NCBI GenBank assembly: GCA_008632985.1
Contig: QPGO01000012.1
Coordinates: 248,001 to 312,000 of the forward strand
Direction: 5' to 3'
Source: Psammoneis japonica
Taxonomy: Eukaryota
Length of the DNA: 64,000 bases
Within the stretch, counting starts at the first letter, position 1, and the number at the start of each line of letters is the position of its first letter. Position numbers and translations under genes: made by a program. Positions 11,711 to 24,934 of this stretch are shown here, in pieces. The notes beneath the pieces were generated by a model. The model searched no databases. It saw nothing but the letters and a program-made list of their open reading frames with translations, and had not been told where the DNA came from.

Positions 11711-13089
11711 ATGATGTCGTCGTCGGCAAACAAAAAGATAAAGACAGACCCGAACAGTTTCTACGAACAGATTGATCAAGTACAATTCCCTGCGCCCCTT
11801 CCATCCACACTTTTCCGAGTCAAACAAAACTTTGACGCACCAAAAATTCAAAATGTATCCAACGCCACCTCCGAGGAGCTCTTGACGAGTGGTTTGCTCA
11901 AGAGCATTCAAACAAATGATACGGTAGCAGTGGGAGTTGGCAGTCGTGGAATTTCCAATCTTGTTGATATTGTTGCAACCACTGTTGAGGTATTGAAACA
12001 ACATGGTGCCAAGCCGTTTCTGTTTCCAGCCATGGGAAGTCACGGTGGCGCCACGGCCGAGGGACAAACTAAAATCCTAAATGATTTGGGCATTACACAA
12101 GAATCGACGGGAGCCGAAATTCGAGCCACCATGCAAGTGATTGAGATTGGTCAAGTTTTTGAGAAGAAGGATCCGATTGTTATCTATCAAGATTTGTTTG
12201 CGTCTCAAGCGGACCACGTTTTGTTGATCAATCGAATCAAGGCTCACACGAGTTTTCGGAGCAACATTGAAAGTGGGCTCGCCAAAATGGCTGTGATTGG
12301 CATGGGCAAGCAAAAGGGTGCTGCCGCCATGCATGCCCGAGGCGTGGTGGGATTACAAACGTGTTTGGGACCGGCGGCACGTCTTTATGAAGCGCAATCT
12401 AATTTGAGGGGGGGTCTTGCGATTGTTGAGAATGCCAGGGATGAAACTGCAGATGTCGTTGCGTTGCATGCTTGTGATGTAGGAAACGAAAAGGAAGCGC
12501 AATTGCTGTTGAAATCAAAGTCACTCATGGCGAAATTGCCATTCGATCAAATTGATGTCTTGGTGGTTTTCAATTGGGAAAGAAAATATCGGGGACAGGC
12601 ATGGATACCAATGTCATTCGACGATTCAAAATTCCTCGACAAGCCGAACCAACGGTTGGTCCTGATATAGCTACCATTTGTGTACTGGATGTCGTTACTA
12701 CAGAAACATCATTATTTGGAAACTCGAACGGAATGGGCCTTGCCAATGTGATTTCATCACGACTGCACAAGAAGATTGATTGGAAGGCCACGTACACAAA
12801 CGCCTTGACATCGGGTGTCTTGGGCATGTGGAAGGCAAGCATGCCCATTACCATGGTGGATGATTGTCGAACCATTCAAGCAGCCGTGCTGGGGTGTGGC
12901 GAACCACCTGACGACGCGAGAATTGTATTCATCAAGAACACACTGGAGCTTGAGGAATTATGGGCAAGTCCCAATTTACGACAAGAGATTGAAGCGAATG
13001 ACAAATTATCAATTGTTCAAGACAATGTGCCTCTTTTGTTTGATGACAAGGGTATAATGCAAAGCCCTTGGAAATTGTCACCACCTTGA
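11711..13089 (+). CDS. LarA (nickel-pincer lactate racemase) N-terminal / DUF362-like protein, intronless, apparent frameshift at ~12570
   Basis: Motifs VAVGVGSRGI, PFLFPAMGSHGGATAEGQ, INRIKAHTSF, ESGLAKMAVIGMGKQKGA, GKKISGTGMDTNVI and GNSNGMGLA, typical of prokaryotic LarA-domain proteins. One extra T in the T run at ~12570 fuses the two ORFs. Confidence 0.82.
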
Positions 13090-15695
13090 GTAGGAACGAA
13101 ACACGTAGCAGATGCGGGCACACACGATAAATCAATGCTCCTTCTAAAAACAGGCATTATTAGAGTTCTGATATTTTATTCTTTTCGTCGTTCGCATGTT
13201 GCTGAGGATGAGTTGTGAGGCTTCGTCCGTTGTTGCTGTACGATCGTGCCCTAGTTCTGTCCCCAGCAAAAATGGTGGCATTTTGACGGTTTCAAACTTT
13301 CAAAAAGAGAAAAAGTGAGACAGCTTTAACGGTTTTTTCCCAAATCGCGTCATCGGAGAAAACGAACAGCAGAACCAAATTCCTCGTATATATTATGAAA
13401 AGGGGGGTAAGACACTGAGGGTTTGTTCGGATGACAGTGTTTGAGGGAGAGATATGATCATTGAAACATGTTCATCCACTAAATTATTTAACGGTTTTTT
13501 CCCCACAAAATGGAGGTGCTCGCTGCTTGTGCCGGTCCTGTGCGCGTGATTGAATCGACTCTGGCGCCGCAACCACGGTTGCAGCGCAGGGTTTTGGCTG
13601 TCTGGGGAGGTTGTTGTCATCAGCATCTTGAAATGGGGAGCTGGCATTTCATCTTCACAAGACAAATCTGGCTCAAGCTTCACCATTCAGTGCTTGTAAA
13701 GGGACAGATCAGTGTTGCCCTCTTTCAGGCCCAAAAAAGCAATCTCACATTGCAGACAATGACAACGTGCCAAGACGCATGGCACATTTCATGATCAACT
13801 TCAATCATGAAATCCATGCAGTCCAGGTCAGTGATTTGTTTTGTGCGGGAGTCCTGCAGAAGTGAACAACAAAAAATCACAGTCATTTTCTGATGCGACG
13901 AGCCTGGGCAGGAACCACAGCACGTTTTCCACTGGTGGGCGGGAATCACAACTCGGAATTCACAGCCCATCACCCAGTCAAGGACCACAAAAAAATCTCA
14001 AAATCATGCTGGGTTGATGCTGGGAGGTGAGTTTTCCAGCTTCCAGGAATCTCACCTGGCACAGTGTGTTTTCTGCTGGCAGGCAGGAATCACAACCCAG
14101 CAGCACCGGGTTGAGAGTCATGGGGAAAAACTGCAGAATCATGCCGGGTCAATGCTTGGAGGTGGCATTTTCCAGCATTCAGGAATCTTGCCCAGAGGTT
14201 CCAAGTCACAGATTGTGACATCACTGCCATCATGCTGAGCATCTGGGCCACACCTGATGGCAGCCCCCCCTCCTCCTGCTCCTTGGATGGAGGTGGCTGC
14301 ACCACAGTGTGACAGCTCTGTCCTTCGCAGCTGCTGGGGATGGCTGAGAGTGCATGTGGCACCACATGCAGTGCCCACTTGCTCCAAAAGGCATGGGCTG
14401 CATGGCAAGGCAGTTTCTGGTTGTTCCTTGTGGTGTGGCACTGACGCAGCTGTCATCCTCTCTGGGGCTGTCTCCTGCTCCAGGGAAAGCTGTGGCGGCC
14501 ATGTGCCAGCCAAGGTGGCACCATCCAAGGGCACCACACATGCCTGCCCCAGTCACCATGCCCCCAATGAGGCCATGGTGCTGGGCAACTGCAGAGGCCG
14601 TGTTGCTGCCCCCCTCTTCCTCTTGTGACTGCTGTTCTTTGGCTGACTCCTGTGAGAGCAGCTGGCTGCTGGCCACCTGTGTGCAGACTTGTGTGGCTCC
14701 AGCTGCAAGGGAGGGCACAACCTTCTCATGCATGGTGAGGGCCCTTGGGTGGGGCTGTTTCATTACCTTGCAAGGCAAAGGGTGATGACACCTCCATGTT
14801 GGTGTCATCGTCTTGATGCAGCGGCCCCACAGAATGGGAAAAACACTGCAGTTGCTCTGCCAGGCACCCCCCTTTTGTTTTGAAGCTCTTTCTTGGGCAG
14901 GTGTGTTGCAGCCATGGCTTGCCAGTGTTTTTGGACCACAAATGGGGAAGAAGATGTGTGGTGGCAAGGATGACACCTGTGGGCCCTTGTTGTCACAGCA
15001 GCAGGCCTGGGCATTGCGTGCAATCAACACCACCATCTGAAATCTGGCCACTGTCCATTGTTCCTTTCACAATGACAAAAAGGCTTGACAATCCTCCTGG
15101 GTCACATTGTCCTTCATGTTGTTGTGGTGGTGGCCACAGTGTGCATGGTCATCATCCAGAAGGGCACAAAAACCAGCAGGGATGACAGCCGCTTCCTCTC
15201 TCCTCTGTTTTGGGATGACGTCATTCTGTGGCTGGGACTTCATTTCCATGATGCAGAACATCCACCCCACAGCAGACAGCAGCTTGCCTGCCATTGCTGG
15301 TTCAGACAACAAGCACCGCTGCAGCATGTTTCTGTTGTGAATTTCTTTTGTGAGCCTGTTTTCTGGCTTCTCTTGGACCAAAAAGAGGATCCTTCAGGTG
15401 CACACGTACAATGTGTGAGGAAGAGAAGGTGTCATTGTTGCTGTTTCTGCCCACCCTTGGAGCCATGAGACCGGCCTCTCATCCCCAAGCCCAGCGAAAA
15501 AAAAAAGGAAAAGAACCATCAGAAGAAGAGAGACAAATGGGATGCCTCCCCATGCAGAACACACGCGAGCCACCTGCCATGCTAGCTAGAATGAGTGATC
15601 CGAATGCAATGGACATGCAATGTAGATGATGACTGTTAGAAACAATGAGGTTATGTAGGCTCACAAAAGTCTGAGGTCTGGTCATCCGCCAACAG

Positions 15696-17008
15696 CTATT
15701 TTCCACAAAAGGCATTGAACAGGGCCACATCCTGGGCATAGACTCTTTCAATTTTGTCCTTGATGGTTTGCGATAGCATCTTCGAGGAGGTGAACTTTTG
15801 CTCGGGCATCCCTGTGTGATGTTCGTATTCGTTGAATATTTCGTCGCTGGGCGGTGGGGGGATGCGCATCCGTTCCAACGTTGAATTGAGGGTGTTGAGA
15901 CATCCCAAATGCGCCACAGGATAACCCAAAAGGAAATCGTATTGCGGAATGATGTGTTCGTTCTTCCCCCCGGTGGCACATCCCTCCCCCCCAAAGCCCC
16001 CGATTTCTTCCATTTGATCCATCCATGCCTCGATGGTATGGACGAAATGCTGTCTCCATTCTTCGACAAAGGCGGTATGGTTCGTGACATTGGTCCGGAA
16101 AGGGGTCGGCGGGGTGACAATTTGACGTTTCCCACACCAAGAGAATTTATTGTGTCGCCCCACCACGGTGGTGTAGGCACTCACCAGACGACTGACCGGT
16201 TCCCGTAGCAGCGAAAAGACTTCGTATTGGTCGCCCGTCGCATTCTTCCCTTCAAAGATGGATCCCATACGAATGATACTGGATTGTCCCTTCCTCCGGT
16301 TGTTGGTAGGATGCATCCGTCCTTTCATCGTACTTGAGCCCGATTTCGGAATGAGTCTTTTTATTGCATTACGAGAAGAAGGAGGCAAGACGACAGCGGG
16401 GAGTGTGAGTCGAAAGAAGAACCAAGCAAAATCATGATGGAATCCACCGTTCTCACGCACAAGTATAGAGGTCGTTTGCTGCCGGTGTTGCTGATGTGGC
16501 TCAGATGACTACTGGGTACGCCGAGGTCATGTCTCCCCACAACATGGGAAAAATTGGATTCATGAAAGAGTTTTAAATAGGCCTCTTGCGCTTGTCGCCG
16601 TTGATCGCCCACCTTTTCCTTATCGTGTGTTGCTTCTGTCCCATTCTTGGCTGTGGCATGGTGAGGCAAAGGGTGGGTTGTATTGCTGCGATTCTTTTTT
16701 GTGTGTGTCTGTTCGAACAAAAAGAAACGTTTGCGTTAGATTTTCATGCGGGAAGGAGGTCTCGGGCGATATTCACAGATGTAAGACCAAAAGCCACCTA
16801 CGGTTTGTGTTTCACCAAAAGTGGTGGCCGTCATTGTGGCTGCGGTCATGTCATAGGCCATATTTATGATCGGAGGAAGAGACATACGAATGGAGGCCGC
16901 CGTTTGCCAACTCGACAGTAACGCCGAAGAGGCCACAAGGCCAATGGGTATCATGATAGATTTGGGACGAGGATGCGTCGTGGCAACGACTTTTGGCTGA
17001 GCAGGCAT
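15696..17008 (-). CDS. Golgi-type sulfotransferase family protein (3 exons: 17008-16802, 16708-16461, 16356-15696; 371 aa)
   Basis: Splicing two GT-AG introns keeps the frame and builds the 5'-PSB motif LLIPKSGSST. 3'-PB motif FSLLREPVSRLVSAY, EHIIPQ and C-terminal IERVYAQDVALF. Weak N-terminal anchor. Confidence 0.82.
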
Positions 17009-17949
17009 ATTATTCTTATCGTCCTTGCCTTTTTTGTTTTTATCAACAGAACAAGGGAGGGTCTAAAGACACGACGAGAGCGAGAGTGTTTTCAAATAAA
17101 TGAGGGCTAATGTACGCCTTCTCATCTTTAGTATGTAACGCTGTATAATAGGTATATAAAAGTCAACATGACACTTTATTTTTATTTTTAAAGTTAAAAC
17201 CCAAAGATGTCCCGGGAATGACCAGAATGACCATAAGACATTATTTTTATGTAGATCTACCGGCATCATTCTTTCAAACTCTCCATGGGCGGGCGAATGG
17301 GCGAAAAAGCGAACCACACTGCTTGTCGGCGTGAAAATGACTCGTGACTGACGGAATGAATTAGTGCCTCCACGCATTCCTGTTAACTGAGGCAAAAAGC
17401 CACCTTTCCCAATGCTTGTTGTTTTTAGAAACCACTTGTGTGTGTGGTGTCATTGCCATCAAAACTCCATCATCCTCGCTGGTGGAGATTTTCTCATCCT
17501 GTGGTGGAAAACACCGCAGAACAGCACCAGAGAAAAGTTCTGAGCCACCCACTCTGAGCCACCCACCCAGTTGTTCGATGAGTGTCAACAGAATCAGCAC
17601 CAGGACTGTGCAGCACTGGCAAACCATGACATGGTTCATGGAAGAGATGTGTGTGGAAATGTGCGTGGAATTTGCGTGCCAGGGGCAAGTGCCAACTGGC
17701 CAGCCGAAAAATGAGGTTCATGACAGTGCGGCAGCAGCACACCACACTTTCAAGAATCAAGTGAGCTTCTGAAGCAAAGTGTGCATTGCACCAAGCAGAC
17801 ATTGCTCCATCTGCTGATGCAAAGTTTGTGCAGCCAGGTGTCTTGTCATTTGCCTGCATTTTCACCCACTGACTCAAAAAGGAAACTGACAATCAAACCA
17901 TTTGTGATGGAACAACAAATGTGAGGAAAGGGGGAAATTAATGTGCTTT

Positions 17950-20260
17950 CTTGGCAAGTTTAAAATGCAGACCAATTGGGCCACACAGCCAACTCAAAAC
18001 AAAAAATGACAACTGACTCATTTGTGACTGGACGCATGAAAAACTTTGCAACCAACAACAGAACAAATTGAAGACAGGTGGATGAAGACAGCACAAATGC
18101 AACGATTTTCTTTGTTGACAAGTTTCATTCTTGATGAGCACCAAAACATGTTACAGACATCATTGCTGAGAACCTGTTTGAACAGGTGGACAATGCTGGT
18201 CATCCTCATTCTGTCTTGGAAGAGATTCAAGGCCATCAAAGCAATGACTCAGCAACTCCCATCTCAGAGGACGATGTCAAGATCAAGACCAAGATTGGAC
18301 AAGAGAGACACAAGGTGACTGCTCAAGGTTGGGAGTTTTTGGTTCAATGGAAGAACAGGTCAACACAATGGGCAAATCTCAAAGATTTGAAAACACAAAA
18401 CCCAATTGAGTTGGCAGAACATGCGGTCGCGAATTGGATGGTTGACAAACCGGCTTTTGCTTGGTGGGTTTCCCAAGCACTGCAAAAGTTTTGAAGGTCA
18501 AGTTAAGGTGTTTTCATGCCACTCACAAGCTTTGGATTAAGCTGCCAAAAAGTGCTGAGGAAGCCCTTCTCAGATTGACAAACAGAGGACGGGGACTGAT
18601 TTTTGGAGGAAGGCTGCTGTCAACAAAGAAATGTCTGAGGTGAAGGCACAGCATGGAATGAAGAAGAAGGTTGCACTCCTCAACAGACAAAAGAATGCAA
18701 GAATTCAAGTGTGGTTGGTTGCCAAGAGATCAAGTGTCATTTGGTGTTCCACGTCAAGATGGATTTCATGAGGAAAGTGCAATTCATGGTGGGAGGTCAC
18801 ATGTGACAGAAGCTCCAGCTGGTGTCACATGTTCAAGTGTTGTTTCAAGAGACAGCACTTGGATTGGTTTGTTGTTGACTGCTTTGAATTTTGTGGATGT
18901 TGCTGCTGTTGACTTGGAAAATGTGCACTTGAGTGCATCGTGTGCCAAAAAGATGTGGTTTTTGAAGACGGTCCTGAATGTGGAGAGAGAACAAAAGCAA
19001 AGTGCTGACTGTTGTGCAAGCATTGCATGGTTTGAAGAGTGCTGGTCATTGTTGGAGGACACATCTTGCTTCAGTTGTTTGAGACTTGGGTTTTCATTTC
19101 ACTGTGACAGACCCAGATTTTTGGATTTGTGCGGCCACATGTCCAGATGGTCATGAGCACTGTGAAGTGCCATTGGTTTTTGCATTGATGATGTCACAAT
19201 TGTGTCACACCAAGGGAAAGCTGTTGTTCAACAATTGAACATGGTTGCAAAGGTCAAACCTGGGAGTGAAGGTGAGCCAGAGTGCCATTTGGGTGCGGGT
19301 GTTGAGAAGATCCAACCAAATGCATGATGGGTGCATCATCATCTGGGGTGGCTCATAAAATTGCACATCAAGAGTGCAATCAACATCATTGTTGAAGATC
19401 TGTCACAAGAGGATGGTCATGGCAAAGAACTCAAGAAGAGTGTGAAGAACCCCTTGTCTTCAAATTGCAGACCTGAGTTGGATGTGGTGACAGACAAGTT
19501 GGGACCAGCTGGAGTGGCACACATCATCTTCAGTTGACTGGAGTTTGTTGTTGTGCAATCAAACTCAGAAGGATTGACATTTTTCATGAAGTGTCCTGTT
19601 TGTCCCATTGTCAAGCAAATCCCAGAGAAAGTCATCTGCAGGTTTTGCATCACATTTTTGCATGTCTCAAGAAGCATCAGGAGCTGGGAAAGATGGGGTG
19701 TGATCCTGGAGCTCTGAAGATTGGCAAGTTTTGACAATGACGTGGGTTGCATTGAGTTTTGTGGTGACGCAGTGGAGGAGTTGCCACCAAAGATGCCCAA
19801 ACCCCATGGAAATCTGGTCAGTGCTGTCCATTGTTTTGTTGAGGCAAATCATGCTGGAAATGTTGTTGCAAGGAGGTCATTGCACAGCAGAATTTTTGAT
19901 TTTGTGCAGAATGTGCGGATCATTTGGTTCAGCGAGAAGCAGAGTGTGGTGCAAAGGAGTTGATTGTGGCATCACAACACAAATTTTGAATGTTTGGTGC
20001 ACCAATTGAAGGTCCTTTGAGTGCATTTTTTGTGATGACAGTGGAGTTGTGAGTTGCAAAGAGAGTGTCAGCATCCCAGATCATGTTTTGCACAAGAAGC
20101 ACAGTGCAACAAACTGTCATGTGGTTCAAGAAGCAGCAGCAGCAGCTGGCATTTTAAGAGTCAAAAAAGAGGATGGAGAAACACATTTGGCAGACATTTC
20201 AATGAAATTGTGACCAGTCAGAAAAGGAGGTGGAACATGTGCTTCAACTTCTTTTGGTGG
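17950..20260 (+). mobile_element. Decayed Ty1/Copia (CoDi-type) pol relic
   Basis: GWEFLVQWKNRSTQWANLKDLK..NPIELAEHAVAN..KPAFAWWV, THKLWIKLPKS, RT EIKCHLVF..GGHVTEAP..SSVVSRDS, RNase H FVEANHAGN..RRS. Multiple stops. Confidence 0.85.
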
Positions 20261-21889
20261 GTCCTGATGCCAAGGTCAGGCACCTCTGGCACATTGCCCA
20301 CATGTTCTCACCTCCGAGACCAAGAAGTGCATCTTGGTGGCCTGTCATGCTGAAGGCTGTTAGCACATTAGACAACCCTGAAAACGAAATGCTGATTTTG
20401 AATTTTTCAGCTCAAAAAACAGTCTGCAACACTGATGGAGCAAAAGCAAAAGCTCACATTATCGAGCTTTGCATGTCAGGCAACTCTCAATGGATTGCTG
20501 TTGTGCCAAAGGCTGTTGGCACATTGGACAACCCCAAAAACAGTGTTCTCACCTCCCAGACCAAGTGCATCTTGGCAGCTTTAACTTGGGTGTGTGTGTG
20601 TTTGACTTCCTGGAAAGAAGGACATTTTGAGATTTGATTGTTCAACTTGGTGCCTTGCATTGGCTTGCAGAGACCAAGCAAATTGTGATGATCTGGCTGA
20701 CTGTCAGCAATCTTACATTTTAGAGAGAGTCTGTCTTGTGTCCATCACATGCCAAGAGGTGTCATGGGGTTGCTCTTTGTGTCATCTTTTTTCAGCCACA
20801 AGAATTCAGAATTTGCAATTGTGGTGACTGCAGTTGATTGTTCTTGCTGCTTTCCAGGTTTGTTGGTCCACTGGAAGATGAGCCCACAGCTGAATTTATT
20901 TGCTTTCACTCATGTGCCTTGTTTTGTTTGTGTCAACAAAGCCAGACATTGGCTGCAAACAGTGGAGGGAATGTGACAAGGTTTCTGTCATTGTTCTTGC
21001 AAGAAGAAGCAGCATTGAGATCCAAAATGTTTGACAGTGGTGGCTGACAAAATGCTGCAAATGAATGGCCTTGAGCTGTGCAGCATTGATCTTTTTTGAA
21101 TCAGAAAAGAGTTGAAGTGTGAAGTGGGTTGGAGTTGCCCCCCCCTTGAGAATTTCCACACTGACACAGAGAGAGAAAAAAATTGTCTCTTGTGGTGGCT
21201 CCAAAATGGCAGCAAGTCTTGCTCACATTGAAAGTTGTTCTTGGGGTGAGTGTGGAGAGGAGCTGAACTTGCATGGTTGAGTCTTTGAAGACACTCAGAG
21301 AGGCCGGTGTCTTGTTTGCAACATTCTTGTGGGTTTAAGAGTTTGTCAGGCTGAGCCAAGCATTTCAGCAATGCAGCCAGAAGACAGAACAAAAAGGCAG
21401 TGCGTGACTCACCTTTGTCAACAACAGTGCAGGAAGTGACAACACAGGGAGGCAAAAGCATTGGTTGATGAATTTTCTGAAGAAAAGCAAAAAAACCAGC
21501 AATGCCCTCTGGCCTGGCCTGTTGTTGGGCACCCCACATCACAAACTCTTGGGTGTGTGATCCTCAACAGTGTTTGCTGTGGTGTGCTCCTCACAAGAAA
21601 ATCAAAGACACATCATTTGACTCAGCACAAAGAGGAGGGGTGCCAAGAGACTGGCAAAGTGGAAGTCTGCTTTGGCAGCACATTGTTCACTGGGCCTTCT
21701 TCTGCTCAATTGAAGGCAATGGTGCACAACCAAACCTTAAAAAATGGGTTTGCTCATGAGTTGCTCAAAGGAGTGCCAGACAAACTGAAGAAGAGCCAAG
21801 ATCCATTTTGGCCCAATCAAGGGAAGTCTGAAAGAACACTTGGTTCCAAGTTTTGTGGCTCTGGCACTGGTCATGAAAGTCAAGATGGT

Positions 21890-22300
21890 TCAAAGCCCAT
21901 GTCTTTTGCCAAAGGAGCAGCCCCTGAGGTCACTCTTAATGACTTTGAAGCAGCTGAGCCAGTTGGGTGTGGTTGTTGTGGAGTGGTGTTTGGAGGTGAG
22001 TGGAGCAGGGAAGTCATTGTGCTCAAACTCTTTGATGCTCACAACAAGAGAGCAGAAGAAGGGACTCATTTGAGCAAGAGATGAGAGGGCTGACAAGCCC
22101 TTGAAAAAGGCACAGGGTTGGCTTGCTGTGATGCTAAAGCTTGTCACTGCAGCTTCTGTCATGATCTGTTTTGGAGTGCAAACGGCTGAGCTAGTGCAAA
22201 CGGCTGAGCTGCCCCTGCAAAGTGCTCTTCTCTTGAAGATTGGGGTGCAGAGTCGTGTTGTGAGAGCCACAGAGGAAGCAGCTTGCAGTTTTTGTCATTT
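21890..22300 (+). pseudogene. Protein kinase-like gene fragment
   Basis: VTLNDFEAAEPVGCGCCGVVFGGEWSREVIVLKLFD resembles kinase subdomains I-II (GxGxxG, VxxK). Partial second copy at ~37235-37460. Confidence 0.55.
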
Positions 22301-22334
22301 GGGTGTTGACATGGCTGCTTTTTGTGTGTGCTTG

Positions 22335-23000
22335 ATGTCATCATTGCAGAAACATCATGTTGTTTGGCAACTCAAGCAGAGTGGGCCTTGCCAATGTGAT
22401 CTCATCAAGGCTGCAGAGAAGAAAGTTGGTTGGAAGAAGCCTTCACACACAAGTGCCCTGACATTGAGTGTCTCAGGCACATGGTGGAAAGCAAGCATGC
22501 TCACCACCAGGGTGAAAGATTGTCAATCCATTCAAGCAGCCATGTTGGGGTGCAGCGAACCACCTGTGAGAGGGCACCAGAACATTTTTTTGCCTTGGCT
22601 TTGCATGAACAAAACATGTTGGAGATTGAGGAACAACTGCGGGCAAGAGCCCCAATTTGTGACAAGAGATTGAAGTGAGAGTCAAATTGTCAATTGTTCA
22701 TGATGGTGCACCTCTGCTGTTTCATGACAAGGGCATGCTGCAAAGCCCTTGGAAAGCATCACAACCTGTGAGTGCAGCAGAAAAACAGATGATGCAGAGA
22801 CACCACCTGCCCAGTCACTGCTCCTTCTAAAAACAGGCACTGGAGAGAGAGAGTTCTTGTTTCATGCCACTCATCATTTGTGCATGTTGCTGATGATGAG
22901 TTGTGAGGCTTCGTCCATTGCAACTGTGGTTCTGTCCCCAGCAAATGGTTGCAACAAAAGGAAGAATTCGGTGGCTTTGACGGTTTCAAAATTTCAAAAA
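22335..23000 (+). pseudogene. Decayed copy of the 3' end and downstream flank of the LarA-like gene (source ~12690-13305)
   Basis: Colinear matches such as gggccttgccaatgtgat, attcaagcagcc, gacaagagattgaag, caaagcccttggaaa, ctccttctaaaaacaggca, gatgagttgtgaggcttcgtcc and ttgacggtttcaaa. Confidence 0.9.
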
Positions 23001-23099
23001 CTCCAGGTGCAAACAATTATAACATGCTATCATGTGTGGATACATTTTATGATCGACGTCAATCACGAAAGCACGCGACACTATTATAGAATTACCGTA

Positions 23100-24510
23100 C
23101 GTGTATGTACTGTACAGTGGACAGTGGCCACAAAAAATGCGTGTGCCGGAAGTTGTTGCAACTCGTCTCCGGCAAACTAATCATTTGCGTTGTGTAGACC
23201 GCAGCAGCTGGGACAAATGGAGATATCAAGCACGTTCTCCGCTAGATAAGCAAACATGATGTGTCGTCGCTTCAAAGCCATGGGCAGGCTGTTTTGAGGG
23301 TCGCCAAACTTAACATTCTGTATTTTTTCCAGGTGAGTTGGCTGCCACGCGAAAATGGTGTCAAGCAATGAATCGATACCATCCTGCTTTGGATCAATTC
23401 CAAGTGCTACGAGCTGTTGGAGATCTTCGAAATATCCCTTCCGTGCATGACTTGGTGTTGCACAGTCCTTAGAAGGGTACCGACGGTACAACAAACTGGT
23501 CTGCCCGCTCCTCGCTGCTCTTACGTGCTCATCGTTCCGTACGTAGAATGGGCGGCCGCTAACCTTACCACTCCGAACAATTATTTCGTCGTTGATGTCT
23601 TTGTAAAGGTAAGCCCCTTCTCTTACTCTCATAATTGCACTGATGGCAATTGCATAATAAATCTCATTCGCAACTAACAAAATTTTGTCTTCAGTCATGC
23701 AAGACAGATCTCTCTTCACTAGTCGCTTCAGACACATGATCGCAGCCATACGAGCAAGGTTGGATGAGGTAAAATCCTATACCCAATGAGGCTTGTTCTT
23801 TGCACGTCGCTTGATGTGGGAGGCAAGGTGAGTGTGAAGTAGTTTTTGTAGGAGGTCTGCCTGATTCTTGACTTGCTCTGTAATTTCTGAAACAAACATC
23901 TCGCCCTCACACACGAATGCCGTTTGTACCGCTGTTACCCAGCATGAATCGCCGATTGTATTGTTCCGTTGTAGGATCCTTCCGACATGTCGCTAGCATT
24001 CGTTTGAAATCAGGATAGTTGAAGCAAGACTCGTCAATCATCCCATTCTCGACGAATCCGTGACGAATGCCATTCACGGTACACGCCCTTGCCATAAGTT
24101 GAGGGGTGCATGCGACTTGGTCGATGAGCGCAGCTCTTTTGGTTGGAGGTAAGTTCAGCACTCTCTTTCTTGTTAGAAGATCAAATTTGCGACTAATGGC
24201 TCGCTTTAGTGGACTCAATTCTTCAGGTACATTGGTAAGATTGAGTTTGCGACGCTTGCAAGAAGGCAACAGCGACTCTCTGCCAAATGGTGTTAGCTCC
24301 ATTTTGCTGCAAAAGTGTGGCATTGTCGGAGCGGAAGCTGTCGCAAATTCTGGTCGTTGAAGCGACCGACTGTCGATTCAAATCATTGTGTCAAGACTGA
24401 AATTCAAAAATTTCCAAGACTTTGAAAACGACGACATGCGCGTGCGCGATCCGGACTTTTTTGGCATTCCAGTCTTTTGCGCGGTAAGTACTGTACAGTA
24501 CTGTACTGGT
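23100..24510 (-). mobile_element. Possible DNA transposon remnant or fragmented gene (ORFs 23907-24323 and 23177-23749)
   Basis: Broken ORFs with normal composition, bounded at both ends by the palindromic GTACTGTACAGT. Begins just where homology to 37690-37780 stops. No catalytic DDE motif recognised. Confidence 0.35.
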
Positions 24511-24934
24511 GACAACGGCTTCGATCATAACTTTATGACTTATGCCTTCGATTTGTCGTAGTGAAAATTGTCCAGTTCACAGACAATGCCAAATTCTGGT
24601 TATCACAAAAGGAATCAGTGTGTGGGAAAGGACCCCAATAGCAGACACAAATGCCACTTCCACATCAGATTTTCTAATCGCACACAACAATTATCTGGAC
24701 GCTTTCTAATTTGAAAGTCTTTGAAATGTCCATTGAAATAATTGTTATCGTGATTCCGGTCATTAAAAAGTGTTGTGACAAAGAGTCTCTCGTAGGATTA
24801 TACGATGATTCCACCCTTCTGACATTCGGTGCCTCACAAAACGAAAAACAAGAATCGAGTCTTTAGGCCACTGTTGAGTCTCATCCACTGAAGGCTCACA
24901 AATTAGGATCGAGCCAAATCTCCAACAAGAAAAG

